Sequence record: SRR20825019_2782
Length of the DNA stretch: 56,072 nucleotides
Reading direction: 5' to 3' (one strand)
Shown here: in pieces, positions 18,768-28,046 of the stretch
Layout: the number at the start of each line of letters is the position of its first letter
How positions within the stretch are numbered: position 1 is the first letter of the stretch
Translations under genes and position numbers: made by a program
The notes under the pieces: model-generated
What the model was told of the DNA's origin: nothing
Database searches by the model: none
Seen by the model: only the letters and a program-made list of their open reading frames with translations

Positions 18768-19700
18768 ATGAGAAACAATATCCTGACATTATTCCTCTTT
18801 CTTACTTCCACACTCAGTTTTGGACAATCCAATTATATTTCCTTCGAAGAAAACATACGTTGGCGAATTGACCAAACAAACGATGCTCAGGTTCAAGCGT
18901 TGAATTGTTCAGACACATATCATTATCACCTCGAATTTCAAGGCGACACAACCATTTTGGCGAAGACGTACATGAAAATGTTTCGATCGGATGTTTTTGA
19001 AAGCACATACAACGGACAAAGTAACTGTTTTCCATATCCTGAATATTCAACTAGTGGATACGCTGGGGCAATCTACGATGATTCTGTCGCAAATATCGTT
19101 TATTTCATTCCTGCCTTTTCAGGTACAACAGAATATGTATTGTATGATTACAACTTGACTATCGGCGACACGATAAATTCTGCAATGGTTCTTTGCGACC
19201 GAGTTGTGACGGACATTGACACCGTTAGCATCGGTGGAATCGATCGGAAACGTTGGCATTATTTGAGTTGTGATCTTGAGCCAGAATTTTACATCGAAGG
19301 ACTCGGATCGTCGCATGGGTTGATTGAACCAACAGGTTTTATTTACATGTACTCCGATTTAATATGTATTCAACAAAATGGAAATACAATCTATGAAACT
19401 GGTGTAAATTCGGCTTTTGGCTGTTATGGCGTTTTCGTAGAGATTGACGACTTAAATAAGCATTACGTTTCTATTTATCCTAATCCTGCGTCAGACATGG
19501 TGATCATTCAGAATCTTTCCAAAACGGAATTAACTGGTATTGAACTCATCAATCAACTTGGACAAAAACAAGCCGTTGAAATCTCCTTCTCTAAGGATCA
19601 ACTTCAAATAAACACGTCGAAACTGGTGAACGGAATTTATTTTGTTAAACTCACTTCTCAGGGAGGCTCGGAATTAGGACGGTTTACTGTTTATCACTAA
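18768..19700 (+). CDS. T9SS type A cargo protein
   Basis: Signal peptide; LYDYNLTIGD and IEGLGS motifs; C-terminal IYPNPAS...GIYFVKL sorting domain. Confidence 0.88.
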   Translation: MRNNILTLFLFLTSTLSFGQSNYISFEENIRWRIDQTNDAQVQALNCSDTYHYHLEFQGDTTILAKTYMKMFRSDVFESTYNGQSNCFPYPEYSTSGYAGAIYDDSVANIVYFIPAFSGTTEYVLYDYNLTIGDTINSAMVLCDRVVTDIDTVSIGGIDRKRWHYLSCDLEPEFYIEGLGSSHGLIEPTGFIYMYSDLICIQQNGNTIYETGVNSAFGCYGVFVEIDDLNKHYVSIYPNPASDMVIIQNLSKTELTGIELINQLGQKQAVEISFSKDQLQINTSKLVNGIYFVKLTSQGGSELGRFTVYH

Positions 19701-19858
19701 AATAAATCCCACCGTCTGTAATTTCCTAATAAATCCTAATTGAATCTTTGATCACCACTTTATTTCGGGTGATTTCGTAACTTTCAAAGTGTTTGAGCCA
19801 TTTTTTCTCAGAATGAAAATCTCGGACAACCCATAAGTTCACTTTAAGAAACCGTTAC

Positions 19859-20569
19859 GTGAAAAAGATTCTCCTATTATTGCTTGTGCTCCCAATGATT
19901 GTATTCGGACAGACTTCTCATGCAACATTTTCGACAGACACCACGCGTTTCGGCAAAGAACGAAACAGCAGAATGGACATTTTTGAAAAAATAATGGAAG
20001 CCGAATGGAAGATTAACGGTCAAACGTTGAACTATGGCTCCGATCCTATTCATGTTGAAACAGACGCAATCTTGGATACCATTTTTTACAAGCAATCCAA
20101 AAATGCTCTTTGGGACACAATAATCTGTTCTATAAACCAAGCCAAACATTACACATTTCACTATAATGAATGCTGCGGAGGTTTCAATGTTTCCGACGAA
20201 ACAGGAGCATTCATTTCAGGAACAGCACAATTTGAAGTTCAACATTCGAACAAGAAAAAGCATTATCTCGGAACGTTAGGAGAAGCGGGCGTTTTAGTCG
20301 CCAAGAAATCCGACACCCTAAAATCGACGTGCAGAAGCGCGATGTCACCAAATATTTACTCCATTACCCTAAAGGAAATAGAACTTTGTAAAGATTCGTT
20401 GGGATGCGCTGAGGAAATTTGTTTAACCGAAATCGGAAAAGAAGAACCCAACTATGGATTTGGTTTTCGTACGATGACTCAATTCATTGAATTCTTATTC
20501 CTGCCGCTTAGCGATGATCCAATTCAGGTGTGTTATGATGCTAAATCAGACAAGGTCAGTATAAATTAG
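19859..20569 (+). CDS. Exported hypothetical protein, Cys-rich
   Basis: GTG start, signal peptide, ECCGG motif; family not recognised. Confidence 0.7.
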   Translation: MKKILLLLLVLPMIVFGQTSHATFSTDTTRFGKERNSRMDIFEKIMEAEWKINGQTLNYGSDPIHVETDAILDTIFYKQSKNALWDTIICSINQAKHYTFHYNECCGGFNVSDETGAFISGTAQFEVQHSNKKKHYLGTLGEAGVLVAKKSDTLKSTCRSAMSPNIYSITLKEIELCKDSLGCAEEICLTEIGKEEPNYGFGFRTMTQFIEFLFLPLSDDPIQVCYDAKSDKVSIN

Positions 20570-20581
20570 AACGATCTATTT

Positions 20582-21160
20582 ATGAAAAAAGAACTCTTAA
20601 AGAATGAATACTGCAAAGAAAAGTGGGATCAAATGTCTCCTACTCATTCTGGGAAATCCTGCGAGAAATGCAAGGTTGATTTGTTAGATTTGAGCGAATT
20701 ACCAATGAGTAAAATTGTGAAAGATCACCTTGGAAGCAACAAATGTGTAAGACTAACTGATACACAAATTGACTTTTTATCTTTCTACAAAAGACTTGGA
20801 AAAACAGCCGTCATCTCTTCAATTGTTGTGAGTAGTTCGTTTTTCAATAGTTCGTATGCACAATCCATAGAAAGTGCTGTTCAACATAAAGATTCATGTT
20901 TAATTACCGGAAGAGCATTTTTCAATGACAGTAAAAATGACCCATCACGAAATGTTTCAATTTACATTACGGCAAACGGGGTAACCTATGAAACAAAAAC
21001 AGATAATGACGGAAATTTTGCGTTGAACCTACCTAAAAACAGTACAATCTTCTACAGTAACTTAAAAAAATTGGAGGCGAAAAAGATTAAAAATCGAAAC
21101 AAGATTAATTTAGGAAAAAGCAAGATTCCAAGGGATAAACGAAGAATGGGATGGCTTTAA
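20582..21160 (+). CDS. Protein with an N-terminal Cys motif and a carboxypeptidase-regulatory-like domain
   Basis: CKEKWDQM...CEKC...C motif common in Bacteroidota; TKTDNDGNFAL beta-sandwich motif. Confidence 0.65.
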   Translation: MKKELLKNEYCKEKWDQMSPTHSGKSCEKCKVDLLDLSELPMSKIVKDHLGSNKCVRLTDTQIDFLSFYKRLGKTAVISSIVVSSSFFNSSYAQSIESAVQHKDSCLITGRAFFNDSKNDPSRNVSIYITANGVTYETKTDNDGNFALNLPKNSTIFYSNLKKLEAKKIKNRNKINLGKSKIPRDKRRMGWL

Positions 21161-21747
21161 ACAAACTGAAATTCATCAAATTTAGCGTTATCTTTCTCTG
21201 CTTCATTTGTATCGTAGCGTGTAATGACCCTTCATCCGTAATAGAGGCCAAGATTAAAACCGAGCAACAAAGTAACATTACATGTGATGCAAATGGATGT
21301 CGTGGAACATACATCGGTCCCGAATTTATTGGTGATAGTGATGTTGCACATCAATTCTCGAATAAAATGTCGGAAAAGGTAGGTGACCAATTAAAAGAAC
21401 TGTATTCAACTGGCGATTTTTCGAAAGTTGATTTTGCTGCCATTTCCATGTCGACCAGAGGAATGGGAACTGGAGAAGTGATTTATCGATTGTCAATTCC
21501 ATTTATTCACGTTGATGAAAAATGCGAAGCATACACTTCATTCGATCACGTTGGTGGATGGAATCACTCGCCTGCCCTTGACGAACGGAAAATACAACTC
21601 GAATCCCTTTTACTCAGAGGCGATTCTCTCAACATTAGCCAATTAAAAACAACTTCCGAAGGACTGCAAGAATACTGGATTCAGTGGAAAAACAAAGAAA
21701 TTCAGGCAAATTGTTTGACTAAAAGAAATAAATCTAACTCTCTTTAA
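21151..21747 (+). CDS. Hypothetical lipoprotein
   Basis: Lipobox IVAC; no family recognised. Confidence 0.7.
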   Translation: MALNKLKFIKFSVIFLCFICIVACNDPSSVIEAKIKTEQQSNITCDANGCRGTYIGPEFIGDSDVAHQFSNKMSEKVGDQLKELYSTGDFSKVDFAAISMSTRGMGTGEVIYRLSIPFIHVDEKCEAYTSFDHVGGWNHSPALDERKIQLESLLLRGDSLNISQLKTTSEGLQEYWIQWKNKEIQANCLTKRNKSNSL

Positions 21748-21751
21748 AAAC

Positions 21752-22852
21752 ATGAAACATTACTTTTTGATCCTTCTGTCCTTCTCCATGAATGTAACTG
21801 TCTTCGGGCAGAACGATACACCTTGGGTTTCATACTATAACGAAGATTCTACATTAGTGGGTTTTAAAGACAAGAACGGAGTCATTAAAAATGAGCCTGT
21901 CTTTATGCCAGGATTCTCCCCAAGTAAAATAGATCATATCGCCGCGGTTTGGCAACAAAATGAAGACGGCATATCAGAATATCATTTAACGAGCACCGGA
22001 AAAATCGTTGGAATAGATAGCGCATACATGATCGACCTGACTTTCGATTGTGAAAACGAAGGATTCCTTCGGTTTAGAAATAAAGAAACGGAACTCGTCG
22101 GAATGTTTGATCGTCACGGTAATGTGGTTATTCCCGCAGAATATAGTGGGCTGACCAAAGTCCATAATGGGATGTTAGTTGGTTTGAAAGGTGCGAGAAA
22201 GGAATATTGGGACAAAAACGATCATTCTGGATGCAATCATTTTAGTTTAGTTGGCGGAAATGAAGTGCTCCTTGATACCCTAAACAACGTAATAGCCGAG
22301 AATTTCTCTTACGATAATAACTTAAATTTCTACTCACTTCTCAAAACCAAATCAATCATTGCTGACTCCATCAGAACCACTTTTTTGGCGCGAGATGGCT
22401 CCTATTATTCGTTTATTGATTTTGAAAAAGAATTCGAGCAATGGATAAAAAACGATTTGCTGAAGAATCTAACTATCGATCGACTTTACGAGGCCTCCAG
22501 TGATTCAATTAGATGGTCATCCGCTCAAGGATGGGAAAAGAGTAACAGACGAGAATTTATCGATCATAATTTTCCCGTACTCAAAAAAGGGCTATCGGAA
22601 TTACTCGATCCAGCGTGTGATTATTTTATTTCCATCGACTATTTTCGCTCATACTTGTGCATCGAATCAGAAATGAACACCTACTTCGACAATTGCGGAA
22701 ATGCTAAAATCTGGCTGTATCCCGTTATGAACGTTGTTATCTCTCACAAAGAGCCAAGTGGGTTTTCTCAAAATCACTATGACTTTCTAAGAACCGAAAA
22801 TGGATACAAGTTGATTTCGGTTACCGTAAGAAATGAGGAAATACAGAAGTAA
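21752..22852 (+). CDS. WG-repeat-like exported protein
   Basis: Signal peptide; repeats VGFKDKNGVI and VGMFDRHGNVVIPAEY. Confidence 0.75.
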   Translation: MKHYFLILLSFSMNVTVFGQNDTPWVSYYNEDSTLVGFKDKNGVIKNEPVFMPGFSPSKIDHIAAVWQQNEDGISEYHLTSTGKIVGIDSAYMIDLTFDCENEGFLRFRNKETELVGMFDRHGNVVIPAEYSGLTKVHNGMLVGLKGARKEYWDKNDHSGCNHFSLVGGNEVLLDTLNNVIAENFSYDNNLNFYSLLKTKSIIADSIRTTFLARDGSYYSFIDFEKEFEQWIKNDLLKNLTIDRLYEASSDSIRWSSAQGWEKSNRREFIDHNFPVLKKGLSELLDPACDYFISIDYFRSYLCIESEMNTYFDNCGNAKIWLYPVMNVVISHKEPSGFSQNHYDFLRTENGYKLISVTVRNEEIQK

Positions 22853-22961
22853 AATTCCACATGAATCTAACTGACTTTCCAATTTTTCTTTAAAAAACAA
22901 CTTAAACCAAACGAATTTCACATTTGTTTCGTTAGGTGTGTACACTTATACCATTCACTTA

Positions 22962-23789
22962 ATGCAATCGGCTTATCTCGAGTTACTAAAGAGAACACTT
23001 ATTGATTATTCAAATATCGGGAAGGAAGAATTCCATCCTCTGGAAAATATAGAATCTAATTGGAAAATAGCTCCTTTATTCCTATTAAATAAGATTCTGA
23101 AAACGCGAAATTTCTCTATTAGTAAGATGAAGTTGGTCGATAAGAATGAAAGACTAAATGGTTACGACTGGCCGTCCAACGCCATCACGATGATTGGATT
23201 AAACCGTTTGAACAATATTGAATCATGCATTCAGACAATTCTAAAGGATAAAATTGAGGGTGATTTTATTGAAACTGGTGTTTGGAGGGGTGGGGCAACC
23301 ATTCTAATGAGAGCAATTCTCAAAGAGTTCAATATCACTAACAGAACTGTATGGCTTGCAGACTCATTCAAAGGCTTACCTTCTCCAAATGTTAGCCAGT
23401 ATCCTGCTGATAAAGATAGCAACTTACACAAAAAGAAGATTCTAACTTGCTCCATAGAGGAAGTCAAAAATAACTTCCAAATCTACGATCTCCTTGATGA
23501 ACAGGTTAGGTTTGTAGAAGGATGGTTTAAAGACACCTTACCTAACTGTACTATTGAGAAGTTATCACTATTGAGGTTAGATGGAGATCTATATGAATCA
23601 ACTTTTCTCGCTTTAGAACATTTATATCCCAAACTTGTTTCAGGCGGATTCGTCATCATTGACGATTATTATGCTTTTAATTTTTGTAAGTCCGCGGTTG
23701 ATGATTACCGTCGAATTCATAACATTCATGAATCAATAATTGATATTGATAACGAAGCTATTTTTTGGAGGAAGAATGAGCAAAATTAA
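22962..23789 (+). CDS. TylF/MycF/NovP-family SAM-dependent O-methyltransferase
   Basis: TMIG, ETGVWRGG, DSFKG, GWFKDTL, RLDGDLYEST, IIDDY motifs. Confidence 0.92.
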   Translation: MQSAYLELLKRTLIDYSNIGKEEFHPLENIESNWKIAPLFLLNKILKTRNFSISKMKLVDKNERLNGYDWPSNAITMIGLNRLNNIESCIQTILKDKIEGDFIETGVWRGGATILMRAILKEFNITNRTVWLADSFKGLPSPNVSQYPADKDSNLHKKKILTCSIEEVKNNFQIYDLLDEQVRFVEGWFKDTLPNCTIEKLSLLRLDGDLYESTFLALEHLYPKLVSGGFVIIDDYYAFNFCKSAVDDYRRIHNIHESIIDIDNEAIFWRKNEQN

Positions 23790-24837
23790 ACACATCTATT
23801 GGTTTGCTTTTTACAATGAAGACTCTCCAAGTGTACGCTACCGAGCTATATTTCCGCTAGAATATTTTCATAACGTTCATCAAGTTCAGTACTCTTTAAT
23901 CATCCCAGGTTATCATCCTGCAAAAGTATGGCGTTTTATACGTGCGTATATTTCGGCATTGCTTTTCCGCAAAAAGGACTCCCTAATTGTCGTACAACGT
24001 GTGCATTCCAGTTTCATATACTCGACCTTGTTAAAACTGTTGGTGAGTGTGCAACGAAAAGACACTATTTATGATATCGATGATTCAGACTATCTTTATT
24101 GGCCCAGTAAAACCATCTATTCATTTGTCAAAAAATGCCATTACGTGAGTGTTGGAAGCAGGGCAATTGGCGTTCACTTATCACGGTTTAATCCGAACAC
24201 CATCTTTGTCACCTCTCCCACTCCGGACCTGGGAATCATAAAAGAAAAAAGAAACGAACGGTTTACAATTGGATGGATTGGTGCATTTGGCGGAGATCAT
24301 AAAAAGAGTCTAATGGAACATGTATTTCCTGCACTTCTTTCGCTTTCTTTCGAAGCTAAATTCACCATCATTGGCGTAACGAATGACGAAGACCAAAAAT
24401 TAATCCATGATTACTTCGCACCAAATAACATACTAGTAGTAGATATTCCGCGAAACATTGACTGGAAAGATGAACTTTCTCTACAGAGTAGAATTGTTCA
24501 GTTCGATGTTGGGATAGCAACACTTCTCAATAATGAAATTCAACTTTCAAAATCGGGGATAAAAGCAAAACAATATCTCAACAATGGCGTTCCCGTTCTT
24601 GGAACAAACCTCCCGGAAAATGATTGGGTAATCAAAGATGGAATAAATGGTTTTTATTGCTCTAATCGTAATGAATTTAAGGTTCGAATAGAACAACTAA
24701 AATCGATGAGCGTCGAAGAATATAGTCAGTTTTCAACCCGTTCTCGCGCCAGTACTGTTGAATTCGATTTGGAACACTATTTTTCTGATTTTCAAAAAAT
24801 TAAAGAACTCGATACATTGCCCCCCCCTACTAAATAG
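23776..24837 (+). CDS. Glycosyltransferase (GT-B, GT4-like)
   Basis: PSVRYR, IYDIDD, IGWIG, KSGIKAKQY...GVPV, DGINGF; overlaps the TylF stop by 14 nt. Confidence 0.8.
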   Translation: MSKIKHIYWFAFYNEDSPSVRYRAIFPLEYFHNVHQVQYSLIIPGYHPAKVWRFIRAYISALLFRKKDSLIVVQRVHSSFIYSTLLKLLVSVQRKDTIYDIDDSDYLYWPSKTIYSFVKKCHYVSVGSRAIGVHLSRFNPNTIFVTSPTPDLGIIKEKRNERFTIGWIGAFGGDHKKSLMEHVFPALLSLSFEAKFTIIGVTNDEDQKLIHDYFAPNNILVVDIPRNIDWKDELSLQSRIVQFDVGIATLLNNEIQLSKSGIKAKQYLNNGVPVLGTNLPENDWVIKDGINGFYCSNRNEFKVRIEQLKSMSVEEYSQFSTRSRASTVEFDLEHYFSDFQKIKELDTLPPPTK

Positions 24838-24912
24838 TAATTTGTCTCCTAATGTAATATTCATGACAATTCCAACACCTTACCTCAAATTATCACATTA
24901 CCCCACCTTGCT

Positions 24913-24948
24913 CCTCCCTCCACTTCGAGAACCTCAGTGTTCGGGAGG
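24913..24948. repeat. Isolated GC-rich hairpin, REP-like element
   Basis: CCTCCC-TC-CACT-TC-GAG-AAC-CTC-AGTG-TTC-GGGAGG nested stem in an AT-rich spacer, with no U-tract. Confidence 0.45.
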
Positions 24949-24980
24949 AAACTTAATTTTAGTATTTTAAAGCACCTTAT

Positions 24981-25334
24981 TTGAACGTGAAAACAATTTC
25001 ATTTTCGGGTGACACTCCCGTGGATGACTACAGTAAATGGGACGGCTCCGAAATTCTGATTCATGAATCAACTTTTTTGGAAACTGAAAATGATGCCAAA
25101 TTTGCCTTCAAAGGAAATAGGCACAGTAGCATTCAAGAAGTGGTGAAAATGGTGAGTGAAATTAATGTTCAACACCTGATTTTGAATCATTTCTCGAGTC
25201 GCTATTCGAAGGATGAAATTGATAGAGTTGTCCGAAATCTTCTCAAATCGCATAATATTCAAATCCCTGTTTATTTAATGTATCCAGGCGAGATCAAAAG
25301 AGACATTTTAAACACACAGGCGATTAACGAATAG
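24981..25334 (+). pseudogene. RNase Z (metallo-beta-lactamase fold) C-terminal fragment
   Basis: SGDT, HESTF, HS and NHFSSRY motifs are present; HxHxDH is absent; in-frame TAG at 24960-24962 upstream. Confidence 0.75.
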
Positions 25335-25349
25335 GTAATTTGTCAATCA

Positions 25350-28013
25350 TCACTCCTCAAATACTTCGTTTACTCTATTAGGACACGTTTCACAAAATGC
25401 ATTGTGCAACTCTTTGTTATCCATCACTTGAAATGGAATCCCCAAATTTCCGTAGAATAACTTGCACCATTCCTGCGAAGAAATCCGTGACTTCGCCTCC
25501 ATAAGTAACTTTTGAAAATAAGCCTCTGTCAATACTTCAGTATGACTACTTAAATAAGACGAATGCCTATACGCAAGCGGTAGATATAGTTTCAGGACCT
25601 CGTTGTCGTACAGAAAATCTTCACAAAGATCAACTGCGAGTCCGATATTCTTAAAATAGCACAGCAGTTTTGCTAAAGAAACAGCAGATTCTGGATTCAA
25701 TTGATTCGTTCTTCGATAATATTCTACGATTTGAATCAGACTGTGATTAACTGTTTCTTGATATTCGAAAATTTGATCTGGATCAATTGTTTCACAGAGA
25801 ACATTGATAATATTGAGATTCGCCATAGCTACATTCAATTTAAACGTAGAGTCTAGGTCGTACCAATTCAGAAGTAAACTCAATCTGTCAAATGCTTTTT
25901 GAATATCTGGATTATCTGCAGTGTTATTTTGATTCTTCTTGACCTTTTCCATGAGTAAACACGCCGAGAGGTAATGAAACTCAGGGCTCAGATGCTCAGC
26001 CGCTCCACACATCGAAAATACGGACTCAACCTTCGATTCCAATTTCGCTAATTCACTCTTATTGGCTTCATCTTTCAAGATCTCATAGTGATAGAATGCC
26101 ATTTCATGCTGCAATCGATGAGACAATCCACCTTGAAATTTAGGGATTATGATTTCTAAAAAATCCTTTTCCGATAAGGTGTCCACAGTGGATAAATAAT
26201 ATGCTTTTTCATACAATCGCTCTAGTTTATCAGGATTCTTGCATTGAATATTTCCACGTTTATCTTTTTCAAAGAGATTGTTCATGTCGCGCTTAATGTA
26301 ATACAAAGCATTTCTAGGACTCAAATCTCGCACGCCTTGAATTTCTACCTTCACCCTTCTTTCCTTACTCAAGATGTCAAGTGGTCGCTCATTTTTTGTG
26401 TCAGTCAGGTATGCTACGATCTCATCTTTGGACAACGGATGTAAAAAATTCCATTTGGGATGATCTTGAACACTTGTGTAAAAATGATCCCACGCTACCT
26501 GAGAATGAACGCTATAAACGGTATCCGAATTCATAAATAATTTCAACTCAGAAAGAATGTTCTCGGCTCTTTTCTGATGTAATAGTTCATTCGTTTTAGC
26601 ATCACCTTCCACTGAGCAAAATCCCTCAATATGCACATTATAAATCGTTAGATTTTTCGCTTGGTATTTGACAATCAATTGAGTTAACTCTTTACTCGAA
26701 GTCAGTGTTTCTCCAGGTCCATAAAACACATCCACCGTATCTCTGAAATATTCCAATTCAAACGTGTATTTGTCTATAGGAATGGGAGGGTAGTACGAAA
26801 CATCGATCATTTTCAAGTCTAATTCACCGGGATAATTCGTTAAATAGACAAAGTGACAAATCTGTTTATCGTGAATATACATGAGGTTATGATTCCACCA
26901 GGTATTCATATTCTTTGGAACCTTTCCTAATCTGATCTCAAAATACTTCGCATCAAAATTTACCAGTTTGTACCTTTTAAATCGCTTGAAAAAACTTACA
27001 GAATCGGCAGTGAGCAAATACTGGACAAAATTGATGTCCTTTTTACGCTTGCGTTTTTTGAATCCTTTCATCAAGTCCTTCCGGTACACAGGCTCTAATA
27101 GTTTACCTGAGGTACGTTTCATCTGATTTCTTCGACTGGGTTCGGTATCATACGCAGGATTTCCACACCCGAACGCATCGAACGGGACTATTTCAATTGC
27201 AAAGCCATCGTGTCTATTTTTAATCAGCTCTTTTACAAAGTCCGCTTCTTCAATTCTAAGGACAAAATAGTTTCTGGAGATTCGAACAGACATTGTTGGA
27301 TAGGTTTCCCAAGTGTCCTTACACTCTTCGCATTTTTCGGTTTTATCATCTTTCAATCCAAATGGATACGATCTTTCGTATTCGACACGTGACTGCATCG
27401 CGTTCACAGAATCTTGGGTTAGCTGCGAATAGGGGAAAAAAGCCGTGCTTTCCTCAAAAGCGTACGTAAACATCACCTTAGCGAATTTTTGACAGGCGTA
27501 TATGCGTTTCTCCTTGAGATCAATTCCAATCGCTAAACCTGTCACTTGGTAGTCAGGATTGATTATGTTTTTAAAGTGACCTTTCGAGTTCACCCAAGAA
27601 TGTACCAAACTTCGCGCAATTTCAGTGTAATTATCTGTAACGAAGGTTTTTCCTTTCGACCTCACGGAGGCATTGTAATGCGTATAAACGATATTCTCTC
27701 CTACTAAATATGATTTCGGTGCGCCATAATAATTCGCGCGGTCTTGTGGAGAATAAAACTCTTTTTTTTCAACTTCTTCGTGACTTAAAACTCCTTTTGA
27801 AACAAGGTAATCGGCGTGATGATTCGAAGCAACATACAAAATTGAGTCATTGAATAACGGCACGAGATTATTTGCCAATCGTGTAGAGTCGACCAACACT
27901 TTTATTTCGTGTTCGAGCAATTTTTTATTGAAATTTGAGTCATCGATCTGTGCATGACCGACATTAAACGCTGTAAAGACAGCAAAAAACAATAAAAATC
28001 TCATTAGGCTCAT
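25350..28013 (-). CDS. Exported CAP (SCP) domain protein with a central OmpA-like segment
   Basis: Signal peptide; HADYL...SHEE...GENI...WVNSKGHFKNI CAP motifs; EGFCSVEG...NELLHQKRA OmpA-like motif. Confidence 0.75.
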   Translation of the reverse strand: MSLMRFLLFFAVFTAFNVGHAQIDDSNFNKKLLEHEIKVLVDSTRLANNLVPLFNDSILYVASNHHADYLVSKGVLSHEEVEKKEFYSPQDRANYYGAPKSYLVGENIVYTHYNASVRSKGKTFVTDNYTEIARSLVHSWVNSKGHFKNIINPDYQVTGLAIGIDLKEKRIYACQKFAKVMFTYAFEESTAFFPYSQLTQDSVNAMQSRVEYERSYPFGLKDDKTEKCEECKDTWETYPTMSVRISRNYFVLRIEEADFVKELIKNRHDGFAIEIVPFDAFGCGNPAYDTEPSRRNQMKRTSGKLLEPVYRKDLMKGFKKRKRKKDINFVQYLLTADSVSFFKRFKRYKLVNFDAKYFEIRLGKVPKNMNTWWNHNLMYIHDKQICHFVYLTNYPGELDLKMIDVSYYPPIPIDKYTFELEYFRDTVDVFYGPGETLTSSKELTQLIVKYQAKNLTIYNVHIEGFCSVEGDAKTNELLHQKRAENILSELKLFMNSDTVYSVHSQVAWDHFYTSVQDHPKWNFLHPLSKDEIVAYLTDTKNERPLDILSKERRVKVEIQGVRDLSPRNALYYIKRDMNNLFEKDKRGNIQCKNPDKLERLYEKAYYLSTVDTLSEKDFLEIIIPKFQGGLSHRLQHEMAFYHYEILKDEANKSELAKLESKVESVFSMCGAAEHLSPEFHYLSACLLMEKVKKNQNNTADNPDIQKAFDRLSLLLNWYDLDSTFKLNVAMANLNIINVLCETIDPDQIFEYQETVNHSLIQIVEYYRRTNQLNPESAVSLAKLLCYFKNIGLAVDLCEDFLYDNEVLKLYLPLAYRHSSYLSSHTEVLTEAYFQKLLMEAKSRISSQEWCKLFYGNLGIPFQVMDNKELHNAFCETCPNRVNEVFEE

Positions 28014-28046
28014 TTTAGCAAATAGAATTGATTCATCTTACAACTT

